From an uncultured Oscillospiraceae bacterium (GTDB taxonomy: Bacteria > Bacillota > Clostridia > Oscillospirales > Acutalibacteraceae), in assembly GCA_948471095.1 (NCBI GenBank), contig CAOKRG010000006.1, positions 1,795-65,794 of the forward strand: DNA of 64,000 nucleotides, in the 5' to 3' direction. Below the pieces are notes generated by a model, which was given only the letters and a program-made list of their open reading frames with translations, was not told the origin of the DNA and did no database searches. Position numbers and translations under genes: made by a program. Shown here in pieces: positions 29,695 to 39,360 of the stretch. How positions within the stretch are numbered: the stretch's first letter is position 1; the number at the start of each line of letters is the position of its first letter.

Positions 29695-30615
29695 TCAAGC
29701 GAATTTTGCGCCCGCAGTCAAAGGGTGGCCCAACAAATAGTCTTTTCCGCTCATACGCTTGCCTTTATCCGTTTGCAGCTCCGTAATAAGCAGCGCTCCC
29801 TGGCCGCAAACCGCGGCCAGCCCCGCTTCTGTTTGAACCGCCGCTCCTGGCTCGCCCGTAAGCTGGATTACACGGGAGGCAAGCAGTTTTATGCGGCGGC
29901 CCGCTAATTCCGTTATCACGCAGGGCCAAGGGTTGAGCCCCCGTATCTGGTCGTGTATCCGCTGGGCAGTCTGGCTCCAGTCCACGCGGGACATCTCCTT
30001 ATTCAGCATAGGCGCCATGGTGGCCTTTTCCTGGTCTTGGGGGATGCGGGACAACTTGCCCTGTTCCAGCTTTTCCAAGGTCTCCGCCAGCAGATCCGCC
30101 CCTAGGAGCTTGAGGCGCTCAAACAGTTCGCCAGCGGTCTCCTCTGGATCCACCGGCGTTTCCCTTTGGAGCAGAATGTCCCCGGAGTCCACTGTCTCGG
30201 CCATAAACTGGGTGGTCACCCCAGCCCGTTCCCGGCCGTCCAAAATGGTCCATTGGATGGGAGCCGCGCCCCGGTACTCCGGCAGCAGGGAGCCGTGCAC
30301 ATTGACGCAGCCAAGCCGCGGCGCGTCCAGCACGGCCCGGGGCAGGATTTTCCCATAGGCCACTACCGCGATCACGTCGGCCTGCATTTCGGCTATTTGC
30401 GCCTGAACCTCCCCGCCGCGCAGAGTGGCCGGCTGAAAGACGGGCAGGCCATACCGCAAGGCTAATTCCTTTACAGGAGAGGCCTGCATTTTATGCCCCC
30501 GGCCTTTGGGCTTATCCGGCTGGGTAAACACGCCGCAGACCTCATGCCCCCGGTCCAGCAGCGCCTGCAAAGACGGTACGGCAAAATCCGGCGTGCCCAT
30601 AAAAAGAATCCGCAT
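29695..30615 (-). CDS. fmt: Methionyl-tRNA formyltransferase
   Basis: FMGTPDFA, TQPDKP, NVHGSLLP.YRGAAPIQW. Confidence 0.97.
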   Translation of the reverse strand: MRILFMGTPDFAVPSLQALLDRGHEVCGVFTQPDKPKGRGHKMQASPVKELALRYGLPVFQPATLRGGEVQAQIAEMQADVIAVVAYGKILPRAVLDAPRLGCVNVHGSLLPEYRGAAPIQWTILDGRERAGVTTQFMAETVDSGDILLQRETPVDPEETAGELFERLKLLGADLLAETLEKLEQGKLSRIPQDQEKATMAPMLNKEMSRVDWSQTAQRIHDQIRGLNPWPCVITELAGRRIKLLASRVIQLTGEPGAAVQTEAGLAAVCGQGALLITELQTDKGKRMSGKDYLLGHPLTAGAKFA

Positions 30616-30626
30616 GCAATTCCCCC

Positions 30627-31109
30627 TTACTGCTCCAATTTGTAGGACTCAATCTCCTCCCGGGTCAGCATCCGTTCGGCCACATCCGTGAAAATTCTGC
30701 CATGCAGATGGTCGATCTCGTGGCAGAAAGCCCGGGCCAAAAGCTCCTCGCCGGTCATTTCAAACCACTTTCCCTTGCGGTTCTGAGCCCGGACCGTTAC
30801 CTTCCTGGGCCGGGTGACCATCCCCCATTCGCTTGGCAGGGACAGACAGCCCTCGGGTCCGCTCTGCTCCCCTTCCGAAGCGATGATTTCCGGATTGACC
30901 AGCTCAATGGGCCCATCGCCCACATCCACGATGCAGACCTGCCGCAGAATGCCTACCTGGGGGGCGGCCAGGCCCGCGCCGTTGGCCTCATAAAGGGTGT
31001 CCTGCATGTCGTCCAGCAGCTGGTGGAGCTTCCGGTCAAATTTCTCCACAGGCCTGCATTCCTTTTGAAGAATATCTTCTCCAAAACGCACAATATTCCG
31101 AATCGCCAT
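30627..31109 (-). CDS. def: Peptide deformylase
   Basis: GAGLAAPQVG, EGCLS, HEIDHL. Confidence 0.97.
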   Translation of the reverse strand: MAIRNIVRFGEDILQKECRPVEKFDRKLHQLLDDMQDTLYEANGAGLAAPQVGILRQVCIVDVGDGPIELVNPEIIASEGEQSGPEGCLSLPSEWGMVTRPRKVTVRAQNRKGKWFEMTGEELLARAFCHEIDHLHGRIFTDVAERMLTREEIESYKLEQ

Positions 31110-31134
31110 TTCCTTTGTCGTCTCCTTACTCTTC

Positions 31135-33573
31135 CTAAATGATTTTACTGGGATTGGGGTCCGCGTAGGCGGTAACCTGCTGGTATTCCCGCACTGCCGC
31201 GAATTCGCGAAGCAGCCGTGCCGCCATCTCCCGCAGCCGGGGGCTGTTTTTGCATTTGATGATCAGCTTGTAGCGGTATTTTCCGCTGACCTTGGCCACT
31301 GCCGCCGGAGAGGGCCGCAGCACCCGCAGAGGCAGGTCAGGGTATTCGGCCCGGGCCAGCTTTCCCAGCTCCGCCAAGAAACGCTCGGCCGCCCGGCGGG
31401 TCAAGCCTTCCTCGCCGCCTACGAAGCCGATGACCAGCAAGTCCACATAAGGAGGGTACAGCATGGACTTGCGAAAGGCCAGCTCCCGCCGGGCAAACTC
31501 TAGATAGTCCTGCCGGGAGGCCAAATGCAGCACGGGATTCTCCGGCGCAAAGGTCTGGATGATGGCCCGGCCCGGATAGCTCCCCCGGCCCGCCCGGCCT
31601 ACCACCTGGGTCAACAGGTCGAAGGTCCGCTCGTTTCCCCGGAAATCATCGCTGAAAAGGGACTGGTCTGCGGAAAGGACCCCAACCAGGGTGACGTTTG
31701 CAAAATCCAGGCCCTTGGCCACCATTTGCGTGCCCACCATGACGTCGTAGTCTCCCCGGGCGAACTCCTCCAACCGGCGCTCTAAGGAATAGCGGGCGGC
31801 TACCGCATCGGTGTCAATGCGCAGCACCCGGGCCTGGGGAAGCAGCTCCCGCAGCTGTTCCTCGGCCTTCTGGGTGCCCAGGCCCCGGTAGGCAAGGGAT
31901 TCCCTGCCGCAGGAAGGACACTTCTTGGTCATGGGGATGGAATATCCGCAGTAATGGCACATCAACCGGCGGTTGGCACTGTGATAGGTAAGGGAGATGC
32001 TGCAATGGGGACAGCTTACCACCTCGTGGCAGGCGGAGCAGCTGGCAAAAGTGTGGTAGCCCCGGCGGTTTAGCAGCACGATGGACTGCCGGCCCGCCTG
32101 GAAATTCTCCGTCAGAGCCTCCGCCAAGGTAGGCCCAACAGCCTGCTGGCTGCCGGGGAAGGACTCTAGATTCATGTCCACCAGCTCCACCTGGGGCAGC
32201 TGGGCCGGGCCGAAGCGGTCCTCCAGCTGGTGGAAGAAAAAGCGCCCTTCTTTTGCCTGCCGGAAGCTCTCCACCGAAGGAGTGGCCGAACACAGCAGGC
32301 AGAAAGCGCCCGCCTGGCCGCACCGGTAGCAGGCGGCCTCCCGGGCGTCGAACCGGGGGCTGGCCTCGGACTTATAAGTGTGCTCCTGTTCCTCGTCCAC
32401 CACGATGAGGCCCAGGTTCCGCACCGGAGCGAATACCGCCGAACGGGTCCCTACCGCGATCCTTGCCTCCCCCCGGCGGACCCGCTTCCACTCGTCCATC
32501 CGCTCCCCCAAGGAGAGCCCACTGTGAAAAACCGCCGCCTGGTCTCCGAAAATCCGCTGAAACTGCCGCAGGGTTTGAGCGGTCAGGGAAATTTCCGGCA
32601 CCATAACAATCACGCCCCGGCCCTGGCGGAGCACATGCTCCATCAGGTGGAGGAAGACCCAAGTCTTCCCGCTGCCGGTCACGCCGTACAGCAGGGCGCA
32701 GCGGCGGGCGCCGGCGTCATACTCCGCTTTCAGCTCCTCCAGCACCCGTGCCTGGGAGGCGGACAGCTCCGGCATTTCCAGGGGCTCCGCGGAAGCCGTG
32801 CCTTCCGGCCTTCGGTATACCTCATATTCGAAGGCTTCCGCCGCTCCTTTTTCCACCAAGGCCTTGACCACCGCGGATGAGACCCCCGTAAAATAGCAGA
32901 GCTCCCGTTCCGAGGCCTCGCCCACATCCAGAAGGACCTGGTATACCTCCTTCTGCCGGGGCGTCAGCTTGCCGGAAAAGCCCTCGATGGGCCGGACCAT
33001 CCGGGCTACCGCGTCTTTCAAGCGCCCAGCGGCCAAGCTGACCTTGCGGACGATTCCCTGTTCCTGCAAGGCTTGAAACTCCGGGCACTCCTGGGTAATG
33101 CCCAGCTTTTGGGCGAGTTTCTCGAAGGGCATGGCCCGGCCGGCGGCCCGCAGGGTGGTGATGATCTGCCAGGAGAGGCCGTCATAGCATTCCCGGTCAA
33201 AATTGGTGAAGCCCGCGTCCAGCAGATAGCTGTCCTTGAGGCGCAGGTGCAGTCCGGCCGGGATCATCTGCTTGACTGCCTCGAACAGGGTGCAATAGCA
33301 GCGGTCCTTCATCCACAGGGCGAATTCCAGCTGCCAGGGGTCTAAAACCGGCTCCCGGTCCAGGACCTGGGCAATGGTCTTAAGCTTCTCCCCCGGCTGG
33401 CCGTCTAAAGAGAATACCATGCCAACCCGCTCCCGGCTGCCCGCCCCAAAGGGAACCAGCACCCGGGCTCCCGGCGCCACCCGGCCCTCCAGATGCTCCG
33501 GCACCTGATAGGTGAACAGCTTATCAAAGTGATAGACCGCGTTCTCCACCGCCACCTGGGCCAGCGTGGTCAT
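31135..33573 (-). CDS. priA: Primosomal protein N'
   Basis: GVTGSGKT, DEEQE, two Cys4 zinc motifs, GTQMVAKGLDF, QVVGRAGR. Confidence 0.97.
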   Translation of the reverse strand: MTTLAQVAVENAVYHFDKLFTYQVPEHLEGRVAPGARVLVPFGAGSRERVGMVFSLDGQPGEKLKTIAQVLDREPVLDPWQLEFALWMKDRCYCTLFEAVKQMIPAGLHLRLKDSYLLDAGFTNFDRECYDGLSWQIITTLRAAGRAMPFEKLAQKLGITQECPEFQALQEQGIVRKVSLAAGRLKDAVARMVRPIEGFSGKLTPRQKEVYQVLLDVGEASERELCYFTGVSSAVVKALVEKGAAEAFEYEVYRRPEGTASAEPLEMPELSASQARVLEELKAEYDAGARRCALLYGVTGSGKTWVFLHLMEHVLRQGRGVIVMVPEISLTAQTLRQFQRIFGDQAAVFHSGLSLGERMDEWKRVRRGEARIAVGTRSAVFAPVRNLGLIVVDEEQEHTYKSEASPRFDAREAACYRCGQAGAFCLLCSATPSVESFRQAKEGRFFFHQLEDRFGPAQLPQVELVDMNLESFPGSQQAVGPTLAEALTENFQAGRQSIVLLNRRGYHTFASCSACHEVVSCPHCSISLTYHSANRRLMCHYCGYSIPMTKKCPSCGRESLAYRGLGTQKAEEQLRELLPQARVLRIDTDAVAARYSLERRLEEFARGDYDVMVGTQMVAKGLDFANVTLVGVLSADQSLFSDDFRGNERTFDLLTQVVGRAGRGSYPGRAIIQTFAPENPVLHLASRQDYLEFARRELAFRKSMLYPPYVDLLVIGFVGGEEGLTRRAAERFLAELGKLARAEYPDLPLRVLRPSPAAVAKVSGKYRYKLIIKCKNSPRLREMAARLLREFAAVREYQQVTAYADPNPSKII

Positions 33574-33776
33574 CCTTCCAGATTTTCCGGCTCGATGATG
33601 CTGTATTTGTCCTCCACAAAATCCTGCACGGCCAAATCCACGGGTTTGTCCGTCAGCCTCATGCCCTCGTGGTCGGCCTCCTCCGCGATCTGCCGGGCCC
33701 GCTTGGCCACGGCGATGACCAGGGAGTACTGGTTCATATGAGGGGTGTTGATGATATTAGCGGATGGTTTCAGCAT
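33570..33776 (-). CDS. rpoZ: RNA polymerase omega subunit
   Basis: MLKPS, YSLVIAVAKRARQI, KPV..A; after gmk. Confidence 0.93.
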   Translation of the reverse strand: MLKPSANIINTPHMNQYSLVIAVAKRARQIAEEADHEGMRLTDKPVDLAVQDFVEDKYSIIEPENLEG

Positions 33777-34377
33777 GTGCGATCACCTTTCTTATAAAAT
33801 CTGTATTTCTCTCATACTTGCGCTTTTCACTGCGCAGGATGGCCCGCATGTCCTCCACAGCGTCCTCCAGGCGGTCATTGACCACCACATAGTCATAGTC
33901 CTTGGCGTGTTCCAGCTCCGTCAGGGCCGTTTTCAGACGTTTTTGCACTGTAGCCTCGTCCTCCGTGCCCCGGTCCCGCAGGCGCTGCTCCAGCACAGCC
34001 ATGGAGGGCGGCGTGATGAACACGGTCACGCAGTCCGGGACCAGCTTTTTCACCTGGGCCCCGCCCTGCACCTCGATTTCCAGCACAACGTCCAGACCCT
34101 CCTCCCGCCACTGGTCCACGGGGCCCCGGGGCGTTCCGTAGCAGTTGCCCACATATTCGGCGTGCTCCAGCATCATGCCTTGGGACACTTGGGCCTGAAA
34201 CTCCTCCCGGCTGATAAAATAGTACTGCCTGCCGTGCTCCTCGCCGGGGCGCGGCTGGCGGGTGGTGGCCGAAACCGACATCCGCAGGTCCGCCTCCGTT
34301 TGGAGCAGCTCTTTCAAGATTGTCCCCTTCCCCCCTGCCGAGGGGGCGGAAACCACCAACAGCAAACCTTTGCTCAT
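33757..34377 (-). CDS. gmk: Guanylate kinase
   Basis: SAPSAGGKGT, SVSATTRQPRPGE, YGTP. Confidence 0.96.
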   Translation of the reverse strand: MSKGLLLVVSAPSAGGKGTILKELLQTEADLRMSVSATTRQPRPGEEHGRQYYFISREEFQAQVSQGMMLEHAEYVGNCYGTPRGPVDQWREEGLDVVLEIEVQGGAQVKKLVPDCVTVFITPPSMAVLEQRLRDRGTEDEATVQKRLKTALTELEHAKDYDYVVVNDRLEDAVEDMRAILRSEKRKYERNTDFIRKVIAHAETIR

Positions 34378-34413
34378 ACATATGACCGCCTTTCTCACAT
34401 ATAGACTCCCGCC

Positions 34414-34677
34414 CTATTCCTCCGGATCCGCGGCGCAGTCCTCTTTGCCGCTGAAGCGCCCGGCCACGGTCTCCGGCAAAATGGCGGAGAGCACGATGGC
34501 CCCGCTGTCCATCACAATCACCGCCTTGGTCTTCCGCCCAAAGGTGGCGTCAATCACCGACCCCCGCTCCCGGGCCTCCTGGACCATGCGCCGGATGGGC
34601 GCGGACTCGTTGCTGACCACGGCCAAGACCTTTTCCGCGGAAACCATGTTGCCAAACCCGATGTTTACCAGCCTCAT
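34414..34677 (-). CDS. remA: DUF370 / RemA-family regulator
   Basis: [29 protein letters not shown]. Confidence 0.9.
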   Translation of the reverse strand: MRLVNIGFGNMVSAEKVLAVVSNESAPIRRMVQEARERGSVIDATFGRKTKAVIVMDSGAIVLSAILPETVAGRFSGKEDCAADPEE

Positions 34678-34689
34678 CCTCCGGCCTCC

Positions 34690-35577
34690 TCACTCCACGT
34701 TTTGGACCTGCTCCCGGATCTTTTCGATCTCGGACTTGATATCCACCACCAGATACGCGATTTCCGTGTTCTGCGACTTAGACCCGATGGTGTTGGCCTC
34801 CCGGTTCATCTCCTGAACCAGAAAGTCGATCTTCCGGCCCACAGGCTCCTGGGAGTCCATCAGCTTTTCCAGCTGGGCAAAGTGGCTGCGCAGCCGCACG
34901 GTCTCCTCGTCCACGGCGGATTTGTCCGCGAACACCGCCACCTCGGTCAGCACCCGCTGTTCATCGAAACGGCTGCTGCCCAAGAGCTCTTGAATGCGGT
35001 TCTGCAGCCGCTCCCGGTAGTCGCTGACCGCCTGGGGGGCCAGCCGCTCCACCCGCTCCACCAAAGCCAGTATGTTCTCCGCCTTCCCGGCAATATCCGT
35101 CCGCAGGCGCGCGCCCTCCGCTTCCCGCATCCTCAAAAGGGAATCCGCCGCCGGGCCGGCCACCTGCAGCACAGCCTGCCAAACGGCATCCTCGTCCTCA
35201 GGGGCCTTGTGCACGGTAAACACATCCGGGTACCGGCTTAAAAGCGCCAAGCTGGGACCGTCCGAAAGGCCGCAGCGCTCTTTGAGGTCCATGAGGGCGC
35301 TGTAATACCCCTCTGCCAGAGCGTGGTTCACCTGAACCTGGGCCCCGCTCTCCTCCAAATTCTCCACCTGTAGGAAGACGTCCACCTTCCCTCTGGAAAG
35401 ACGGCTTTGCAGGTAGGCCTTGAGCCGGTCCTCCAAAAACAGGTAGCCTCGGGTGATCCGGGCGTTCAGCTCAAAATACTTATGATTCACGGACTTGAGC
35501 TCGCAGATGATGTGGCGGCCCTGGACCGTGCCTTCGCCCCGGCCGAAACCGGTCATACTTCTCAGCAACGCAATCAT
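34690..35577 (-). CDS. yicC: YicC/YloC family endoribonuclease
   Basis: SMTGFG, SVNHKY, RGKVD, GRKIDFLVQEMNREANTIGSK, REQVQNVE. Confidence 0.95.
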   Translation of the reverse strand: MIALLRSMTGFGRGEGTVQGRHIICELKSVNHKYFELNARITRGYLFLEDRLKAYLQSRLSRGKVDVFLQVENLEESGAQVQVNHALAEGYYSALMDLKERCGLSDGPSLALLSRYPDVFTVHKAPEDEDAVWQAVLQVAGPAADSLLRMREAEGARLRTDIAGKAENILALVERVERLAPQAVSDYRERLQNRIQELLGSSRFDEQRVLTEVAVFADKSAVDEETVRLRSHFAQLEKLMDSQEPVGRKIDFLVQEMNREANTIGSKSQNTEIAYLVVDIKSEIEKIREQVQNVE

Positions 35578-35591
35578 CCCAATCTAAAAAA

Positions 35592-35640
35592 GGTAAAATC
35601 CTCAACTAAAGATTTTACCATTTCCTGGCCGTTCATGCAA
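35592..35640 (-). promoter_or_regulatory. sigmaA promoter of yicC operon with overlapping 9-bp inverted repeat
   Basis: Minus TTGCAT-N17-TAAAAT (TG ext.); GGTAAAATC-N10-GATTTTACC at 35592-35619. Confidence 0.6.
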
Positions 35641-35694
35641 CTGATTTTCCAAATATTTCACAGAATATTAAGAAAGGGGCCCTTCCGGGCGGAT

Positions 35695-36090
35695 TCACTG
35701 GTGAAAATCATAGTGAACAATGGTGCTCATTGGCGTAAATGCATGGGTTTCGTCCACATCGAAGCCCCGAACGCGGAAGAAATCGAAAAAGTCAGGAAAG
35801 CTGGTCTCAATCCGGTTAGCGCCAAAGGTCTCGCCATAGGAGGCCGCGGACCGCATGAGGGAGTCAAGAATAAAGACCTCCTCCCCTTGGGGCTTGCGGC
35901 CAGCGGCCCAGCCCTGGGCCGCCAGTTTGCGGATGACAAGCACGTCCCCGATCAAATCGACAGCGGCCCAGCCCAGGGTACCGCCCCGCTCCGTCATGAC
36001 CAAAACGCGGGAGCCCTCTGTGGCGTCCGCCACCTGGGCCAGCCGCTCCTTTTCCAAATTCCGGTCTGCCATGGGCAGAATTTCGATCAT
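35695..36090 (-). CDS. Hypothetical protein (possibly degenerate GNAT fold)
   Basis: RBS GGGAGG before MIEILPM; tightly coupled to rluD. Confidence 0.65.
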   Translation of the reverse strand: MIEILPMADRNLEKERLAQVADATEGSRVLVMTERGGTLGWAAVDLIGDVLVIRKLAAQGWAAGRKPQGEEVFILDSLMRSAASYGETFGANRIETSFPDFFDFFRVRGFDVDETHAFTPMSTIVHYDFHQ

Positions 36091-36091
36091 C

Positions 36092-37021
36092 TCAATACGC
36101 CTCCCTGCGAAGCTTTTGCAAAAATTTTTCAAAATATTCCGGCACATCCTTGGAGAATTCCAAATACATACCCGTGCGCGGATGGCGGAAGCCCAGCAGG
36201 CCCGCGTGCAGGCATTGGCCGTGGAGCTCGGTCAAGACCTTTTTAGGGCCGTATACGGGATCCCCGGCCACCGGACGGCCCAGATAGGCCAGATGTACCC
36301 GGATCTGGTGGGTGCGGCCTGTTTCCAGCCGCAGCCGCAGATAAGTGAAGCCTCGGAACCGTTCCTCGACAAAAAAGTGGGTGACCGCCTGGCGGGCGGT
36401 TGGAGAACCCTTCAGCACCGCCATTTTCTTCCGGTCGTTGGGGTGCCGGCCGATGGGCGCGTCAATGGTCCCGGAGTCCTCCGAAAAGCCTCCATAAGCC
36501 ACAGCCCGGTACTCCCGGGTCAAAGTATGGGCCTGAATCTGCGCGGCCAAGCTCTGATGGGCCATGTCGTTTTTCGCCACCAAAAGCAGTCCGCTGGTGT
36601 CCTTATCGATGCGGTGCACAATGCCCGGCCGCAGCACGCCGTTGATCCCGGACAGGCTCTTCCCGCAGTGATGCAGCAAAGCGTTGACTAAAGTGCCGGA
36701 AGGGTTGCCTGGCGCGGGATGGACCACCATGCCCTTAGGCTTGTTTACCACCAATAGGTCGCCGTCCTCATATACCACGTCCAGAGGGATGTCTTCCGGG
36801 GTCAATTCCAACTCCTTGGGCTCCGGCAGGATAACCTGAACCTCCTGCCCCGGGGCCAGTACCGCGCTTTTCGCCAGAGGCTTTCCTCCGCTGGTCGCCA
36901 AGCCCTGGGCGATCAGCCCTTGAATGGCGGAGCGGCTCATGCCCGCCAAAGCGCCCGCTAAGAACTTGTCCAGGCGGATTCCGCCGCATTCCGTGGTCAG
37001 GGTAACGCTTTGGCCCCTCAT
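36092..37021 (-). CDS. rluD: RluA/RluD-family pseudouridine synthase
   Basis: S4 domain RLDKFL, NKPKGMVVHP, HRIDKDTSGLL, TGRTHQIRVH. Confidence 0.93.
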   Translation of the reverse strand: MRGQSVTLTTECGGIRLDKFLAGALAGMSRSAIQGLIAQGLATSGGKPLAKSAVLAPGQEVQVILPEPKELELTPEDIPLDVVYEDGDLLVVNKPKGMVVHPAPGNPSGTLVNALLHHCGKSLSGINGVLRPGIVHRIDKDTSGLLLVAKNDMAHQSLAAQIQAHTLTREYRAVAYGGFSEDSGTIDAPIGRHPNDRKKMAVLKGSPTARQAVTHFFVEERFRGFTYLRLRLETGRTHQIRVHLAYLGRPVAGDPVYGPKKVLTELHGQCLHAGLLGFRHPRTGMYLEFSKDVPEYFEKFLQKLRREAY

Positions 37022-37542
37022 ACAGGCCCGCCTTCCTGAGAGGGAGGCCCAGCCTTGCCCTCCGAGCGCATTAGGCATAGGTAATGGCACACCAGCAGCA
37101 CCGCGCCGATGGTCACGAAGCAGTCCGCCACATTAAAAATATAGGGAAAAAACGTGATATGGATAAAATCCACAACATAACCCCGGAGAATCCGGTCCAC
37201 CAAATTCCCCACGCCCCCCGCCAGCAGAAGGGCCGCCGAGAAAAAGCTAAAAGCGCTGTGCTTTTTGTATAAGAGCAATACCCCGGCCAACCCAAGCGCC
37301 ACCAGCCCGGTCAGCAGCGTAATGATCCAGGTCATGCCGCCGAACAGCCCAAAGGCGGCGCCGGTATTTTCCAGGTACTCAAACTCCAAAAGCCCCGGGA
37401 TGACTTCCAGCCTCCCAATGCCGGAATCCCGCAGGCGCTCCAAAACCAATCCTTTTACCGCCTGGTCAACTCCCACTAGAACCGTGGCCGCGGCCAAGGC
37501 CAGCAATTTTTGGGGCCAGGTATTCCATCTCTTCAAATCCAT
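37018..37542 (-). CDS. lspA: Lipoprotein signal peptidase II
   Basis: DQ.VK, NTGAAFG, GN.VDR, VVDFI, FNVAD. Confidence 0.95.
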   Translation of the reverse strand: MDLKRWNTWPQKLLALAAATVLVGVDQAVKGLVLERLRDSGIGRLEVIPGLLEFEYLENTGAAFGLFGGMTWIITLLTGLVALGLAGVLLLYKKHSAFSFFSAALLLAGGVGNLVDRILRGYVVDFIHITFFPYIFNVADCFVTIGAVLLVCHYLCLMRSEGKAGPPSQEGGPV

Positions 37543-37553
37543 ACCCCAAGCCT

Positions 37554-38600
37554 CTACTTTCTCCGCCGCCGCCCGTCAATCTCCACGCCGTCCCCGAATT
37601 CCAAAGTGCTGTAGTGATTGCTCTTCTCCCGGCGCAGGGCCTCGGGAATGTTGCTGTGGGCCGCCAGGTCAATGCCAACAGAAGTCAGGTCGTCGTCATA
37701 GTAGTCCTCGGGCGGCTGGGCCGGCTGCAATTGTTCGTGCACATAGTCGATCCGGTCGTCCAAGGTTGGCTCCGGTGCAAGGGGCTCCAGCCTGGGGCCC
37801 TCCGCCGGGCCGGGCCGGACGGCGGGATGCGGGGGGGCTGCCGGACGGACAGCGCTCTGGGCCGGGACCTCCACATAAACCTGCCGGGGCGCGGGCGCTT
37901 CCACCGGTGCGGGAGGCAGGGGTTCCGGCTCTGGCTCCGGAAGGGGTTCGGACGTGGGAAGCTCCGCCGGCGCGGGTTCGGGTTCCGGCTGGCGGCGGGC
38001 CTCCTGCCGGTCCTCCTTGCTGCGGAAGACCGGAATATGGTCAATGCATTCCAAATGCTTCTTGTACATCTCCAAAAGTGAGCCCCGGAAAGCCGTGACC
38101 TGCCGCTTGACCTCTTCCAGCTCCGACTTTTTGGCGTCCACCTGCTGAGCGTACTCTTTTGCGGCTTTGGCCGCGTCGGCTTCCGCATTGGCGGTGATGC
38201 GCCGGGCCTTTTCGTCAGCCTCCAAAAGCCGGGCCTCAGACTTGGCCCTGGCGTCCGACAGAATGGCGTCCGCCTTGCTCTGGGCCTCCTGCACCAGGTC
38301 CTTTGACATGCGCTGGGCATTTAAAATGGCCTCTTTGATGTCCTCCTCCTCCTGCCGGTAAAGCTCCACCTTCTGGGCCAAAATCGCCAGTTTTTTCTGG
38401 GTATCGGAGTTTTTGGAGGCCAGCTCCGTGTTCAGCGCCGCCAGGTCCCCCGCCTGCTTTACCGCCGCGTCCCGCTGGGCCAGCAGCTCTTGAAACGACG
38501 CGGCCACCTGGTCGATAAAATTGTCCACATCCTCCGGTTTATAGCCGGAAAAGCCAGCCTTTCCAAAACTCACCTCGTTGATTTCCTTCACCGTAAGCAT
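37554..38600 (-). CDS. divIVA: DivIVA domain protein with long Pro-rich C-terminus
   Basis: MLTVKEI..VSF.K..FSGYKPEDVDNFIDQV; coiled coil. Confidence 0.88.
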   Translation of the reverse strand: MLTVKEINEVSFGKAGFSGYKPEDVDNFIDQVAASFQELLAQRDAAVKQAGDLAALNTELASKNSDTQKKLAILAQKVELYRQEEEDIKEAILNAQRMSKDLVQEAQSKADAILSDARAKSEARLLEADEKARRITANAEADAAKAAKEYAQQVDAKKSELEEVKRQVTAFRGSLLEMYKKHLECIDHIPVFRSKEDRQEARRQPEPEPAPAELPTSEPLPEPEPEPLPPAPVEAPAPRQVYVEVPAQSAVRPAAPPHPAVRPGPAEGPRLEPLAPEPTLDDRIDYVHEQLQPAQPPEDYYDDDLTSVGIDLAAHSNIPEALRREKSNHYSTLEFGDGVEIDGRRRRK

Positions 38601-38615
38601 TCGGACGTTCCTCCC

Positions 38616-39356
38616 CTATTGATATTTCCTGCATTTCACATTCAGCCGCCCTTTGCCGGTCAAAGGGCCCAGCCGGTCTATGATAAACTTCCCGTGCCCC
38701 CGCACGGAAACGACGTCGCCTTCCTGTACCTTCCGGGAGAGCTCCAAGGCTTCCCTGTGGTTGACCAGCACCTGCCCGGCGGAGATCAGCCCCGCCGCCT
38801 TGCCCCGGCTGGCATGGACCAGCAGCCCCACCAAACAGTCCAGCCGGTCAGAGGCCACCACGCCCCCCAGTTCCTTAAAATGAAGCGCCTCTGGCAAGGG
38901 CTCTTCCCACCCCGCCTGGATTTTTACGCCTACCCGGCCAATTTTCTTGACATTGTTTATAAAAAAGCCGCAGAGCTCCGCGCGCACAAAGGCCACGGTA
39001 CGTCCCTCGCCTACCAAGATGTCCCCCACCACGTCCCGCTGAACGCCCAGACCCATGAAGGATCCTAGAAAGTCCCTATGCCCCAGCTTGTCCTCCGGCC
39101 TGTAGCGCAAGGTGACGGCCGACAAGGGGAACGCGGCCGGATCCGGGTCCAGATAGTCGGGAAAAAAACCGGCAATCACCCGCTGTGCTCCTTCATAGCC
39201 GCCCCAAAAGAGATGGCCGCCCCTCTCCCGGCGCAGCTGGTCCTGGCAGTACGCTGCCTCGCTCTCATCCAAAAAGCCTAAAAAACAGGGCCTTCCCAAG
39301 GATATCTTTAAACAATCCCGTAGCTTTGCGGCCAGCAGTTCCCGTTCCTCTCCCAT
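38616..39356 (-). CDS. ylmH: YlmH/Sll1252 S4 RNA-binding protein
   Basis: HRDFLGSFMGLG..R..VGDI, S.RLD, S4 domain. Confidence 0.92.
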   Translation of the reverse strand: MGEERELLAAKLRDCLKISLGRPCFLGFLDESEAAYCQDQLRRERGGHLFWGGYEGAQRVIAGFFPDYLDPDPAAFPLSAVTLRYRPEDKLGHRDFLGSFMGLGVQRDVVGDILVGEGRTVAFVRAELCGFFINNVKKIGRVGVKIQAGWEEPLPEALHFKELGGVVASDRLDCLVGLLVHASRGKAAGLISAGQVLVNHREALELSRKVQEGDVVSVRGHGKFIIDRLGPLTGKGRLNVKCRKYQ

Positions 39357-39360
39357 GGGC

